From NCBI GenBank assembly GCA_934373295.1, contig CAKROK010000001.1:19030-83029 (forward strand): a DNA stretch of 64,000 nt, in the 5' to 3' direction. Position 1 is the stretch's first letter, and the number at the start of each line of letters is the position of its first letter. Below are positions 18,697-28,601 of the stretch, piece by piece. Position numbers and translations under genes: made by a program. The notes beneath the pieces were generated by a model. That model made no database searches. It saw only the letters and a program-made list of their open reading frames with translations, and was not told where the DNA came from. Source of the DNA: an uncultured Christensenellaceae bacterium. Its GTDB lineage: Bacteria > Bacillota > Clostridia > Christensenellales > Christensenellaceae.

Positions 18697-19292
18697 GCTT
18701 CCTCCTCTTTATGTGAAAGATATGCGTCGAAAAGCTCCAAAAGCTCCTCCTTGCCCACGCCCTCGTTCGATAGCGCGACCATGGGATAGTCGTAAGACGT
18801 GGGGCACTCCCTCCTCAGCTTGAAAAGCTCCTGCTTGCGCTTGGATTTCGCGATTTTATCCGCCTTTGTCGCGCCGATCATATACGGAAAGCCGTATTCC
18901 TCGACAAAGCGCAGCATGAGCTTGTCCTCCTCCGTGGGCTTGTGCCTTATGTCCATCAATATGAGCACGAGCTTTAAGTTCTTCGCGCTCTCGAAATAGC
19001 CGTTCATCATGGTGTTCCATGACGCCTTTTCCTCCTTTGAGACGCGCGCAAAGCCGTATCCGGGAAGGTCGACGAGATAAAACTCCCTGTTTATGAGGAA
19101 GTAGTTTATGAGCCTGGTCTTGCCCGGCTGCTTTGAAACTCTCGCGAGCTTTGAGTTGCGCGTGAGCATGTTTATGAGCGAGGATTTACCCACGTTGGAC
19201 TTACCCACGACGGCTATTTCCGGCAGATCATGGTTGAAATAGTCCTTTTTGTTCTTTATGCTTCTGAAAAACTCGGCGTTTTTGATTATCAT
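18693..19292 (-). CDS. engB: Ribosome biogenesis GTPase YsxC/EngB
   Basis: It has the P-loop GKSNVGKSSLIN, DLPGYGFA and ATKADK (NKxD-type) motifs. It sits directly after lon with an ATGA overlap, as in Bacillus lon-ysxC. Confidence 0.9.
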   Translation of the reverse strand: MIIKNAEFFRSIKNKKDYFNHDLPEIAVVGKSNVGKSSLINMLTRNSKLARVSKQPGKTRLINYFLINREFYLVDLPGYGFARVSKEEKASWNTMMNGYFESAKNLKLVLILMDIRHKPTEEDKLMLRFVEEYGFPYMIGATKADKIAKSKRKQELFKLRRECPTSYDYPMVALSNEGVGKEELLELFDAYLSHKEEEA

Positions 19293-21598
19293 CAGTCAAG
19301 TGTCCTCTTTAAAACTTCTTCGATGTCCTTTACCGTCGTAAACGTGAGCTGTTCTTTAAGCTCATCCGGTATATCCCTTATATCCGCGGCGTTTTCCGCA
19401 GGGATAATTATATTATGCACCCCGTCGCGCAGCGCCGCCAGCGCCTTTTCCTTAAGACCGCCTATGGGCAGGACGCGCCCAGTGAGCGTTATCTCACCTG
19501 TCATTGCGACGTCACAGCGCACGGGCCTGTTCGTAAATGACGATACCATCGCGGTGCAAAGAGTTATTCCCGCAGAGGGACCATCCTTAGGCACGGCGCC
19601 CTCGGGGACGTGTACGTGTACGTCGTTTTCCTTAAAGAAAGCGTCGTCTATGCCCAGCTCACCCGCCCGTGAACGGATAAACGAAAGCGCGGTCTTTGCC
19701 GATTCCTTCATCACGTCGCCCAGACTGCCCGTCAGCTCGAGCGCGCCCGCGCCCGGCATATGCGTGACTTCTATGGGCATTGTGCATCCGCCTATGCTTG
19801 TCCACGCAAGTCCGCAGGCGACCCCCACGGTGGGCTGCTTGGGCAGATTGCTCTCGTTATGCATGGCAGTGCCTAAAAAGCTCTCGAGGTTCTTTTTGGT
19901 CACGGTTATTCTCTTTTTACCCTCGAGGTACTGCGCGGCGGCCTTCCTGCATATTGTCGCGATTCTCCGCTCAAGCGTCCTCACGCCGCTCTCCGCGGTA
20001 TACCCCGTTATGATACTCTCAATCGCAGCCGTCTCAAAGCGCAGTATATTTCCGTTAAGACCGTGCTTTTTGAGCTGCTTGGGGATTATGTGCTTTTTGG
20101 CGATATTTAGCTTTTCAAAGGACGTATATCCCGAAAGCTCTATTATCTCCATCCTGTCATAGAGCGCGGATGGGATAGCCGAGGCATCGTTCGCCGTAGT
20201 GATGAACATGACTGAGGATAAATCGAACTCTATATCGAGGTAGTTATCCGCGAACGTCTTGTTTATCGCGGGGTCCAAGACCTCGAGCATTGCGGACGCG
20301 GGGTCTCCCTTGAAGTCGCTGCCCATCTTGTCTATCTCATCTAACAGGAACACGGGGTTCATCGTGCCCGCCTTTTTGATATTGGTTATTATTCTTCCCG
20401 GTATAGCGCCTATGTACGTCCGTCTGTGTCCCCTTATCTCCGCTTCATCGTGTACGCCGCCCAGGCTCATGCGCACGAACTGTCTGCCCAGCGCGTGGGC
20501 GATGGAATGCGCTATAGACGTCTTACCTACTCCGGGCGGGCCGACAAGGCATATTACGCTGCCCTCGTTTTGATCCTGCGCAAGCTGCTTCACCGCAAGG
20601 GATTCTATTATCCTGTCCTTGACCTTGTCCATGCCGAAATGCTCGTCGTCCAAGACCTTTCTCGCATGGGTCAGGTTCAAATCGTCCTCGCTGTATTTTC
20701 CGAAAGGCAGGGACGTCACCGTTTCAAGGTAGTTTCTAAGCACGCTGTGGTCGGGCATCGTGGGAGATAGCCGCGCAAAGCGGTTTACCTCTCTAAGCAG
20801 CTTTTCGCGCGTCTGTTCGTTTATATCGAGCGCCTTGACCTTTTGCTCAAAGACCTGCGCCTCGCCCTCCTCGTCGCCTTCGCCCAGAGCGTTTTGTATC
20901 GTCCTCATCTGCTCGCGCAAAAATGCGTCCTTTTGAATCTTTTCAATGGAACGGCGCGTGGTTTGGTTTATCTGCGCGGTGAGCTCCGCAATGTTTATCT
21001 CCTCACAGATATAGTCGATGAGCCGCTTTATGCGCTGCTCAACATCGAGAATTTCCAGCATCTCCTGCTTTTTATCCACGCCCTGAAGGATGTTTTGAGA
21101 TATCGTATCCGCCAGCTTTTCGGGCTGATGGATGTCCCTTAACGCCAAAACAGCCTCCTGTGGAATCTTCCCGCTCGTCTCGCCGAATTTTTCGTAGCTG
21201 TCCAGCAGTATGCGCATATACGCCTCCGCCCTGTCCGCATCCTGTATGCGCACTTCGCCGGCATAGGCTATCGTCGCATTAAAGCAGCCCTCCGTCTCAC
21301 AGGCGAGCATCCTCGCGCGGGAAAGGCCCTCTACGAGCACGCGCATCCCGCCTCTTTCTGTCTTTAGGACGTGCCGCACCCTCGCGACCACGCCCATCTT
21401 GTATATATCCGCCGCACACGGCTCCTCCACGCGCATGTCGCGCTGCGCCGCTAAGAACACAAGGCGTTCATTTCTCTTCATCGCCAAGTCGACGGCATCC
21501 ATGGAGGGCTTGCGCGCCACCTCCAAATTGAGCAAAGTATAGGGAAACGCAACTATGCCCCTCAACGGGAGCATAGGCATTTTAACGGTATTTTCCAT
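19292..21598 (-). CDS. lon: ATP-dependent Lon protease
   Basis: 768 aa with an N-terminal LON domain, Walker A GPPGVGKTS and the protease motif PKDGPSAG. Confidence 0.95.
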   Translation of the reverse strand: MENTVKMPMLPLRGIVAFPYTLLNLEVARKPSMDAVDLAMKRNERLVFLAAQRDMRVEEPCAADIYKMGVVARVRHVLKTERGGMRVLVEGLSRARMLACETEGCFNATIAYAGEVRIQDADRAEAYMRILLDSYEKFGETSGKIPQEAVLALRDIHQPEKLADTISQNILQGVDKKQEMLEILDVEQRIKRLIDYICEEINIAELTAQINQTTRRSIEKIQKDAFLREQMRTIQNALGEGDEEGEAQVFEQKVKALDINEQTREKLLREVNRFARLSPTMPDHSVLRNYLETVTSLPFGKYSEDDLNLTHARKVLDDEHFGMDKVKDRIIESLAVKQLAQDQNEGSVICLVGPPGVGKTSIAHSIAHALGRQFVRMSLGGVHDEAEIRGHRRTYIGAIPGRIITNIKKAGTMNPVFLLDEIDKMGSDFKGDPASAMLEVLDPAINKTFADNYLDIEFDLSSVMFITTANDASAIPSALYDRMEIIELSGYTSFEKLNIAKKHIIPKQLKKHGLNGNILRFETAAIESIITGYTAESGVRTLERRIATICRKAAAQYLEGKKRITVTKKNLESFLGTAMHNESNLPKQPTVGVACGLAWTSIGGCTMPIEVTHMPGAGALELTGSLGDVMKESAKTALSFIRSRAGELGIDDAFFKENDVHVHVPEGAVPKDGPSAGITLCTAMVSSFTNRPVRCDVAMTGEITLTGRVLPIGGLKEKALAALRDGVHNIIIPAENAADIRDIPDELKEQLTFTTVKDIEEVLKRTLD

Positions 21599-21633
21599 AT
21601 CGCACCTCTAATATATGAAGCTTTCAATCACAT

Positions 21634-21662
21634 ATTATACTATACTTTTCAATTCAGGACAA
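21634..21662 (-). promoter_or_regulatory. Candidate sigma-A promoter for lon
   Basis: The minus strand reads TTGTCC (21662-21657), a 17-nt spacer, then TATAAT (21639-21634). Confidence 0.4.
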
Positions 21663-21705
21663 GACGACATATATTGTCAGTGTTACCATGAAAATCAACT
21701 ATATT

Positions 21706-22323
21706 TCATAATTCACTCTCACTTACCAATTCCACCATACACGCCGACAACTCATACGCCGTCCGCACTATCGTATGCCCCTCCGTGACCTTCTCGTATC
21801 TTCGGCTTTGCAGCCTGCCATGCACCGCAATTTTATCGCCCACCGCATAGTTTGCGCATATCCGCGCGTTTCTCCCCCACGCTATCACGGGGATATAGTC
21901 GGATTTGTTGTATGCGCGGTTTACCGCCAAAAGCATATCGGCGATCTCCCGCCCGAAAGGAGTCACGCGGTATATGGGCGTCTTACAGATATATCCGCAC
22001 AGCATAGCGTCATTTGTGCAGTTATCCTGCTCCGCGGGAAAGACATCCTTTATAAACAGCTTTATCTCAAGGCGGTTCGCGCCCTCGACCTCCCGATTAT
22101 AGCTGCGTATCTGTCCATAGACCTCTATCAGCTCACCCTCTTTTACGCCGGGCTTCAGCTTTTCGGGAATAATGCAGCATAGCTCATCAAACGCTCCGGA
22201 TAGGCGCTTTACCCTCAATGTGAACGCATAAAATCTCTCGGCATATACGCAATGGGAAAGCTGCGGCTCGCTTAGCGCTATTCCCGTCGCGCAGATGGTG
22301 TTCGTTACAATATTCTGCGTCAT
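21706..22323 (-). CDS. SSB-like protein with two OB-fold-like halves
   Basis: Two segments resemble the SSB core: IEVYGQIRSYNREVEG and IAVHGRLQSRRYEKVTEG. The function call is tentative. Confidence 0.45.
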   Translation of the reverse strand: MTQNIVTNTICATGIALSEPQLSHCVYAERFYAFTLRVKRLSGAFDELCCIIPEKLKPGVKEGELIEVYGQIRSYNREVEGANRLEIKLFIKDVFPAEQDNCTNDAMLCGYICKTPIYRVTPFGREIADMLLAVNRAYNKSDYIPVIAWGRNARICANYAVGDKIAVHGRLQSRRYEKVTEGHTIVRTAYELSACMVELVSESEL

Positions 22324-23045
22324 TTTGAGCTACCCCCTAATCGGGAGATGGTGACGCATTCGAGATTCAGCTCATAAAGCCCGTCGATTATCTGCTCAAG
22401 CGCCTCGACCGTCTGCTCATTGTTGTTCTGCATAACTATGATGCTCCCGTTTTTGGCGTTGTTAAGCACTCTGCCCGCTATGGCGTCCGCGCCGTCCGAG
22501 CGCCAGTCCTGTGAATCGATGCTCCATCCCACGGGCACGAACCCGCTTTCCACAAGCGCCGCAGTTATAGTATCGCTCCCCGCGCCGTAGGGCATCCTTA
22601 TGAGATCCGTCTCGACCCCGTGCTCTAACTTCAAAAACTCGCGCGCGGCTATCGCATCTTCGACCGCCTTTTTTGCGCCCATGTCGTCATAGCGCTCGTG
22701 CGTCATGGAGTGGCTTATGACCTCGTGACCGTCCTTTATGATGTTTTCGACCGCCTGCGGGTTTTCCTCCGCCCACTTGCCCATCACGGCAAACGTCGCC
22801 TTTGCTCCCTTTTTCTTTAAAATTTCGAGAATTTCATCCGTCTTATCCTCGCCGAACGCCGTGTCAAACGTGAGCGCGACGGCGCTGTCCGCATCGTCCA
22901 CATGCGTGAGCACAAGCCCATTATCGCTGAACGCGGTCGCCGCATCCCCCGCCGCACATGCGATATATATGCACGCGGCTATGAGCACCATGGCGCAGGC
23001 AGCTATCTTTATAAGCGTCTTTTTTTTCAAAATTAAAACTCGCAT
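22320..23045 (-). CDS. Polysaccharide deacetylase (NodB homology domain), membrane or secreted
   Basis: It has an N-terminal hydrophobic segment and the NodB motifs LTFDTAFGED, HSMTHERY and IRMPYG. Confidence 0.85.
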   Translation of the reverse strand: MRVLILKKKTLIKIAACAMVLIAACIYIACAAGDAATAFSDNGLVLTHVDDADSAVALTFDTAFGEDKTDEILEILKKKGAKATFAVMGKWAEENPQAVENIIKDGHEVISHSMTHERYDDMGAKKAVEDAIAAREFLKLEHGVETDLIRMPYGAGSDTITAALVESGFVPVGWSIDSQDWRSDGADAIAGRVLNNAKNGSIIVMQNNNEQTVEALEQIIDGLYELNLECVTISRLGGSSK

Positions 23046-23113
23046 ATTCGCACCTCATCCTGTATTAGTAAATAGATACGAATCGCGAGTTAAAATTATT
23101 CTATTTATTTAAT

Positions 23114-24364
23114 TTAGTGTGACGGAACGGCCTCCCCGACATCCGAAAGTATTATCTTATCGGATCCGCCCGCCTCGCCCTGCGGCGGCTCAAAGGTAGC
23201 CTGTTTTTCGGAAGTCACGTTCAATATTCCCGCCTTATAGCCCTGTTTTTGAAGAACAGGCAATACGGATTGTATCCACGTGACCTTCCTGCAAATATCG
23301 CTCGTGGACGCGATGTCCCCAAAGTGGACCTCTATCCCGTCCGAGGTTTTCATTTTTACCGAACCCATATCCGATAGATCGATAGATTCTATTTTATCGG
23401 TCAAGTAATGCGCCTCGATCTCCTTTAAGAGCATACACAGCTTTTCCGTCTTTGAAGAATCGTCCGTCCTCACGGCGTATGCGAGCGAATAATCCGTGAT
23501 ATTGAGCCCGCTTATCAGGGGCAGCTCCCTCGTGACGTCGGATTGCGCGATAGCCACGCCTTCGTCGTCTATTATCAGCTTTTTTCCGTCGGAAAGCTCA
23601 AACTGCGCGGCCTCGCTGCGCTCCTTGACCTTTATTATCAGCTTGCCGGGAAACTCGAAATCCAGCCCGATGAAATCCAGCTGAGGTACGCTCTCTATTT
23701 TCTGCTCACATGTTCCCTTGTCTATCGTGAAAAAGTGATCCCCGAGGTTTATGCCGGATATTTTTATAATATCCTCCGCAGAGACGGCCTTGTTTCCGTC
23801 GACCACGATCACCTCCGCGCGCACGAACCAATACGCCGCAAACACGATAAGCGATATCAGCATGAGCGTGAGCAGAAAAACGACGATTTTTAAAGTATTC
23901 GCCTTTTTCTTGGGCTTTGCTCCCTTGCTATCAGCTTTTTGCGGAGTATTCTGCGCGGCTTTTCGCTGGGACTGTTTGGCGTCCGTCCTCGTTTTTTCGC
24001 CTGTCGGTTTAGCCGTTTGTTTGGGCTTTTTAGGCGTATCAGATGTTTTTTTACCGTCTATCCTATCGCGGCTCGCGCTGCGCTGTGTCTGTTTGGCGTC
24101 GGTTTTGGATGAAGCGGTTGTCTTGCGGGCGCGCGGCTGTGACTTCTGCGATTTGGGCGCGGATGTGCTCTTTATATCCGCCGCAAACGCCGGCCAGCTG
24201 ACGTATTCCTCCTTTAAAACTGCCTTTTGACGCGGTTTTTTTGTACTCGAAGCCGAAGAGCGTCTTTTTGCGCTGAAATCCGTCAGCTCAAGCTCTTTAC
24301 TCGTCTCTTTTTTCGCTCCCTCGTTTAAAAGGTCGATGTTAAAGAAGTTTTTGTTGTCAGCCAT
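23114..24364 (-). CDS. FtsQ/DivIB-type cell division protein with a long basic low-complexity N-terminus
   Basis: A single TM segment (IVVFLLTLMLISLIVFAAYWFV) is followed by a POTRA-like segment (VIVVDGNKAVSAEDIIKISGINLGDHFF...LIIKVKER). Confidence 0.7.
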   Translation of the reverse strand: MADNKNFFNIDLLNEGAKKETSKELELTDFSAKRRSSASSTKKPRQKAVLKEEYVSWPAFAADIKSTSAPKSQKSQPRARKTTASSKTDAKQTQRSASRDRIDGKKTSDTPKKPKQTAKPTGEKTRTDAKQSQRKAAQNTPQKADSKGAKPKKKANTLKIVVFLLTLMLISLIVFAAYWFVRAEVIVVDGNKAVSAEDIIKISGINLGDHFFTIDKGTCEQKIESVPQLDFIGLDFEFPGKLIIKVKERSEAAQFELSDGKKLIIDDEGVAIAQSDVTRELPLISGLNITDYSLAYAVRTDDSSKTEKLCMLLKEIEAHYLTDKIESIDLSDMGSVKMKTSDGIEVHFGDIASTSDICRKVTWIQSVLPVLQKQGYKAGILNVTSEKQATFEPPQGEAGGSDKIILSDVGEAVPSH

Positions 24365-24424
24365 CTTGCTCTCCTCGCAAGCTAAGCTATCATACCGTTA
24401 AAATCACTTAATAAGAAAAACTCA

Positions 24425-24772
24425 TCAACCGGGCGGCCACTGCATAGATCTCCCGCCTATTACATGAAAATGCAGATGCGGGACGCTCTGCTGTCCGTTC
24501 TCGCCGATGTTCGAAACGACTCTGAAGCCGTCCTTGTCTATCCCCTCCTGCTTCGCGACGATGCCGATAACCTCGAAAATGCGCGATAAAAGCTCTTTAT
24601 CCTCGGATGGGGAAATCTCCGTAACGCTCTTTATGTGCTTTTTGGGGATGACAAGCACGTGCGTGGGCGCCTGGGGGGATATGTCCCTGAAAGCGTAGAC
24701 GAGGTCGTCCTCATAGACCTTTGTCGAGGGTATTTCACCCGCAGCTATTTTGCAAAATAAGCAATCTTCCAT
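24425..24772 (-). CDS. HIT family (histidine triad) protein
   Basis: It carries the HLHFHVIGG triad. I moved the start to the internal ATG 24772 (MEDCLFCKI), which has AAGGAG 6 nt upstream and removes the overlap with mtaB. Confidence 0.9.
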   Translation of the reverse strand: MEDCLFCKIAAGEIPSTKVYEDDLVYAFRDISPQAPTHVLVIPKKHIKSVTEISPSEDKELLSRIFEVIGIVAKQEGIDKDGFRVVSNIGENGQQSVPHLHFHVIGGRSMQWPPG

Positions 24773-24785
24773 ATCGTTCTCCTTT

Positions 24786-26072
24786 TTAATCGACACATCT
24801 TCCATAGAGCTTTCCGCCCTTTTGGGAGATGATGTGTACCGTTTTTATCTCGTTTGGCTCGCCGTCCGCTATTACGGTCAGGTGCCTGTCCGTGAGTCCT
24901 TCAAACATGCCCGCCTTTTCGGCGCTCGGCTGTTCGAACAACACCTTTTCGTCATGACCGACGAATTTTTCGGCGTACTCCCTCTCCAGCTTTTTGGAAA
25001 GCTCGCCGATTTGCGCCGCGCGGTGCTTCCTTACGTCCATGGGTACCTGCTTCATGGCAGCTGCGCGCGTCCCCTCCCGCTCCGAATAGGGAAAGACGTG
25101 TATGCGTGAAAAGCCTATCTGTTCAATGAATTTTAACGTGCTTAAATGCTCGCTCTCCGTCTCCTCCGGAAAGCCCGCGATTATATCCGTCGTCAGCGCG
25201 GGGTTTTCAAAATATCGACGCAAATTCGCGACATATTGCGCAAACTCCTGCGCGGTGTACTTTCTGTTCATGCGCTGTAATACGCTCGTGCAGCCGCTCT
25301 GTAGCGAGAGGTGAAATTGTCTGCACAGTTTATTTAATTTCGACGCGCGCCGGCAAAAATCCTCTGTCAGCAGGGACGGTTCAAGCGAACCCAACCTTAT
25401 CCTCTCTATCCCGTCGACCTTATCCGCCGCCTCCATCACGTCTATCAGCCCGATGCCGTCTAAGTCCTTGCCGTATGAGCCGATGTGTATGCCCGTAAGC
25501 ACGACCTCCTTAACGCCGCTCTCGGCGAGCGCGCGCTCCTCCGAAAGGATGTCCTCAAGCGACCTCGAGCGTACTCTGCCGCGCGCATACGGGATGATGC
25601 AGTAGCTGCAAAAATTATCGCAGCCCTCGCCTATTTTGATGTATCCGCGCGTCCTCTCGCCGCTCTTTGATATGGCGAGCTGCTCAAAATCGCGTTCGTT
25701 GTTCATGGGCAAAACGGCGTCCACCTTTTCGCCGGACAGCGCGCGCAGCGCCACGTCGTAAATATGCGCCCTGTTTTTCGTCCCGATGACCGCACTCACG
25801 CCCTCTATCGCGAGTATCTGCGCAGAATTTCTCTGCGAAAGACAGCCGCAGACTATTACGCATGAGTCGGGGTTCTGCCTGATGGCGCGGTGTATCATCT
25901 GGCGGGATTTTCTGTCCGCAATATTTGTGACGGTACACGTGTTTATGAGGTATATATCCGCCTTTTTAGAAAAATCCACCGTCTCGACGCCGTGGCTCTC
26001 CATGATCTCCTGCATCGCCTCGGTATCATATTGATTGACCTTGCAGCCGAGGGTCATATATGCCGCCTTCAT
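24786..26072 (-). CDS. mtaB: Radical-SAM methylthiotransferase, MtaB-type (tRNA t6A37 methylthiolation)
   Basis: It has the UPF0004 N-domain (TLGCKVNQYDTE), a radical SAM CDNFCSYC motif and a TRAM-like C-terminus. prmA-rsmE-mtaB synteny matches B. subtilis yqeT-yqeU-yqeV. I moved the start to ATG 26072. Confidence 0.85.
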   Translation of the reverse strand: MKAAYMTLGCKVNQYDTEAMQEIMESHGVETVDFSKKADIYLINTCTVTNIADRKSRQMIHRAIRQNPDSCVIVCGCLSQRNSAQILAIEGVSAVIGTKNRAHIYDVALRALSGEKVDAVLPMNNERDFEQLAISKSGERTRGYIKIGEGCDNFCSYCIIPYARGRVRSRSLEDILSEERALAESGVKEVVLTGIHIGSYGKDLDGIGLIDVMEAADKVDGIERIRLGSLEPSLLTEDFCRRASKLNKLCRQFHLSLQSGCTSVLQRMNRKYTAQEFAQYVANLRRYFENPALTTDIIAGFPEETESEHLSTLKFIEQIGFSRIHVFPYSEREGTRAAAMKQVPMDVRKHRAAQIGELSKKLEREYAEKFVGHDEKVLFEQPSAEKAGMFEGLTDRHLTVIADGEPNEIKTVHIISQKGGKLYGRCVD

Positions 26073-26073
26073 T

Positions 26074-26790
26074 TCAGCACCCCGTCTCATAGGAGACTAT
26101 CGCGCAAAGCGCTATCGCGGCGGTCTCCGCGCGAAGTATGCGCGTGCCCAGGCTTACGGAATGTGCGCCCAGTTCAATTATACGCTCTGCCTCCGCTTCG
26201 GTAAAGCCGCCCTCCGGCCCGATTATGAGCGCGATATCTTCATTTGTGCAGTTAAGCGCATCTTTAAGGCTGCCCTCGCTCGCCTCATATGCGAACAATA
26301 CATTATCATGCTTTGTGATATTTTGTTCGAGCTGTTTAAATGTCATGGGTAATAATACCTCGATTTGACCGGCTCGTCCGCACTGTTTCACCGCCTCAAA
26401 GGCTATGCGCTTAAAGCGTTCGTTCGCCTTTACCGCGCTCTTTTCATCTGGGACCTTTACACAGCGCGAGGATATGAACGGTCTAAACGAGCTTATGCCC
26501 AGCTCGACGCATTTTTGCACTACAAGCTCCATCTTATCGGATTTCGTATACGCCATGTACAGCGTTATATTCTTCTTCGGCTCGGCGTCACAGCCCCTGA
26601 ATTCCTCGGCAAGCGCGGTGCAGCACTCCGGGTCGACTTTATCCAAGGTGCATATCCACTCGCCTCTGCCCTCCGGCGCTATTATCTTATCGCCGACTTC
26701 CATGCGAAGCACACGCGCGATGTGTTTGGATTCCTGCGCACCGAAATACGCTCGTCCGTCCTCTATCCTGTCCGGAAAAAACCTTCTCAT
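26074..26790 (-). CDS. rsmE: 16S rRNA (uracil1498-N3)-methyltransferase
   Basis: 238 aa starting MRRFF, with HIARVLRM (PUA-like) and a C-terminal IGPEGGFT...LGTRILRAETA SPOUT knot motif. Confidence 0.9.
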   Translation of the reverse strand: MRRFFPDRIEDGRAYFGAQESKHIARVLRMEVGDKIIAPEGRGEWICTLDKVDPECCTALAEEFRGCDAEPKKNITLYMAYTKSDKMELVVQKCVELGISSFRPFISSRCVKVPDEKSAVKANERFKRIAFEAVKQCGRAGQIEVLLPMTFKQLEQNITKHDNVLFAYEASEGSLKDALNCTNEDIALIIGPEGGFTEAEAERIIELGAHSVSLGTRILRAETAAIALCAIVSYETGC

Positions 26791-27750
26791 TTACGCCTTA
26801 TGCCGCGCGGTTATCGCCGCCCAGTCGTCCTTCCTGCGAATGTCCATTATCCTGAAGCCCGCTCTGTCCAGCGCGAACACGACATCCTCCACCCGCTCGG
26901 TGATAATGCCCGAGGTTATGAGTGTTCCGTCGTGCGCGAGATACCTCTTAAACAGGCCGCTCATCGCTATGACGACGTCCGCGACGATGTTCGCCACGAC
27001 GATATCATACTTTCTCTTGCCTATCTCATCCGCAAGCGCATCGTCCTGCAAGATATTTCCCAAATACAGCTTGAAGTTATCGAGGTTTATGTCATTCATC
27101 TGCGCATTTTCGGTAGAAACGCGGATGGAATCCTCCTCGATATCCACGCCGGTGACGTCTCCCGCGCCAAGGAGCATCGCGCCCACGGACAAAATGCCGC
27201 TGCCGCAGCCCATATCCAGCACGCTGTCCCCCTCTTTCACGACGTCCTCGAGCGTCTCAAGGCAGAGCTGTGTAGTCGCGTGTGTGCCCGTTCCAAAGCT
27301 GGAGGAGGGGTCGATCTCAAGCACAATCCTGCCTTCCGCATCGGGCAGCTCCTCCCACGAGGGCTTTATCATTATATTTCTGCCTATTTTAATGGGCTTA
27401 AAGTACTTTTTCCAATTATTCGCCCAATCTTCCTCGCGCATACCAACAAATGAAAGCTCGCTTTCAATGGAATATTCCTCTTTAAGACGAGCCAATTGCG
27501 CCTTGACCGCGTTAAGCGTCTCCATACCCTGCGCGTTTTCCGGAAGATATATCTTCACGGACGCGGGAGCATCTTTAAGCTGCATGACGTCGTCCTCGAT
27601 ATAATCATAATAACATGAATTCTCCAAAAATTCGTCAAATTCCCGCGGATCCTCTATTTCAAAACCGGTAATGCCCGCCATGATGAGCGCGCCCATCACC
27701 GTGTCGATATTGCTTGCGTCAATTGTTATTTTTACCTGCTGCCACTCCAT
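26791..27750 (-). CDS. prmA: Ribosomal protein L11 methyltransferase
   Basis: It has the PrmA N-domain, FGTGTHATT and the SAM motif VLDMGCGSGIL. Confidence 0.9.
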   Translation of the reverse strand: MEWQQVKITIDASNIDTVMGALIMAGITGFEIEDPREFDEFLENSCYYDYIEDDVMQLKDAPASVKIYLPENAQGMETLNAVKAQLARLKEEYSIESELSFVGMREEDWANNWKKYFKPIKIGRNIMIKPSWEELPDAEGRIVLEIDPSSSFGTGTHATTQLCLETLEDVVKEGDSVLDMGCGSGILSVGAMLLGAGDVTGVDIEEDSIRVSTENAQMNDINLDNFKLYLGNILQDDALADEIGKRKYDIVVANIVADVVIAMSGLFKRYLAHDGTLITSGIITERVEDVVFALDRAGFRIMDIRRKDDWAAITARHKA

Positions 27751-27759
27751 AATTTCACC

Positions 27760-28542
27760 TCAATCAATTTTTCTAAGGAAGGAGATGTTTTCACCCTTCA
27801 GTTCGACTTCATAACGGCACCTATCGCCCCTTACGAGCATTATCGCCATTTCGAACACCACGCCCTCCGCATCCTCCGATACTCGTTGTACAAAAAACGC
27901 GCTGCTGCCCGTCCGCGTGTTTAAAAGCTCCGCTTCGTTTGCGTCTATTATTGTAACGTCGTAGCTCTCCACGGCGCGCGCGGGCTTTAACCCGCTCACG
28001 TTTTCCAGCGTGCTGTATAACGGCTTATCGCGCAGAACGTCCTTTGAAAGCTGCGGACACAGGCGCACAGGGACAAAATCCGTCTCCAGCATGAGCGGCT
28101 GACCGTTCGCCCGCCGCAATCTCACGAATTTAAAGACGTCCTCCCCCTCCTTGAGCTTCATCCTCTCTATTAGGTCGCCCGTCGCAGGGATAGTCTCAAA
28201 GGATAACAGCTCAGATGAGGATTCCAGCCCGAGCATACTCATCTCCGCTGAAAAGCTGTAAAGATTTTTTAAGGTGCGCTTCAGCTTGGGCGAGGTCACG
28301 AACGTCCCCTTGCCGCGGTATCTCGCGATGATGCCCTCCTGCTCAAGCGCGGAAAACGCCTGTCTGATGGTGGAGCGGGACACGCCGAACTTTTCGCAAA
28401 GCTCCATTTCCGCCGGCAGCATATCGCCCTCACGCAATGTGCCGCTGTCGATGGAGCGCTTTATTATTGTTATGAGCTGTTGATACAGCGGAGTCTGTGA
28501 ATAGTAATCCAGCTCGCTGTCCATTATAGAGCGCATGTTCAT
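27760..28542 (-). CDS. GntR/HutC-family transcriptional regulator (wHTH plus UTRA effector domain)
   Basis: The N-terminus reads PLYQQLITIIKRSIDSGTLREGDMLPAEMELCEKFGVSRSTIRQAFSALEQEGII, followed by a UTRA-like C-terminal domain. ATG 28542 is preferred over TTG 28545 because AGGAG lies 6 nt upstream. Confidence 0.85.
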   Translation of the reverse strand: MNMRSIMDSELDYYSQTPLYQQLITIIKRSIDSGTLREGDMLPAEMELCEKFGVSRSTIRQAFSALEQEGIIARYRGKGTFVTSPKLKRTLKNLYSFSAEMSMLGLESSSELLSFETIPATGDLIERMKLKEGEDVFKFVRLRRANGQPLMLETDFVPVRLCPQLSKDVLRDKPLYSTLENVSGLKPARAVESYDVTIIDANEAELLNTRTGSSAFFVQRVSEDAEGVVFEMAIMLVRGDRCRYEVELKGENISFLRKID

Positions 28543-28565
28543 CAAAATCTCCTGAATTTAAAGAA

Positions 28566-28588
28566 ATCCGCCGAAAAAAGCGGCGGAT
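28566..28588 (-). terminator. Hairpin (terminator or attenuator) between the BMC operon and the GntR gene
   Basis: ATCCGCCG-loop-CGGCGGAT is followed on the minus strand by TTTCTTTAAA. It ends about 9 nt before the GntR RBS. Confidence 0.55.
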
Positions 28589-28601
28589 ATTCGTCAATTA
28601 A

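Noticed and set aside
21599-21705. I looked for a CIRCE (TTAGCACTC-N9-GAGTGCTAA) or CtsR operator upstream of lon.
   Set aside because: No match was seen. Only a plain sigma-A-like promoter is present.
23020-23027. A8/T8 runs inside coding regions: deacetylase codons 7-9, and murI at 60643-60650. I considered them as possible frameshift-type phase-variation sites.
   Set aside because: They are short tracts encoding Lys-Lys-Lys in housekeeping-type genes. Runs of this length are common, and nothing in the context suggests switching.
26365-27604. Long plus-strand ORFs (362 and 399 aa) antisense to rsmE and prmA. Similar ones lie opposite glyQS (46667-47863), lon (19230-20162), the BMC-P/unknown genes (33904-35286) and the giant glycosidases.
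   Set aside because: Each lies opposite a gene with unmistakable family motifs. Their translations are low-complexity (S/A/R/L-rich) with no motifs or RBS. Stop-free antisense frames are expected opposite long, codon-biased genes.
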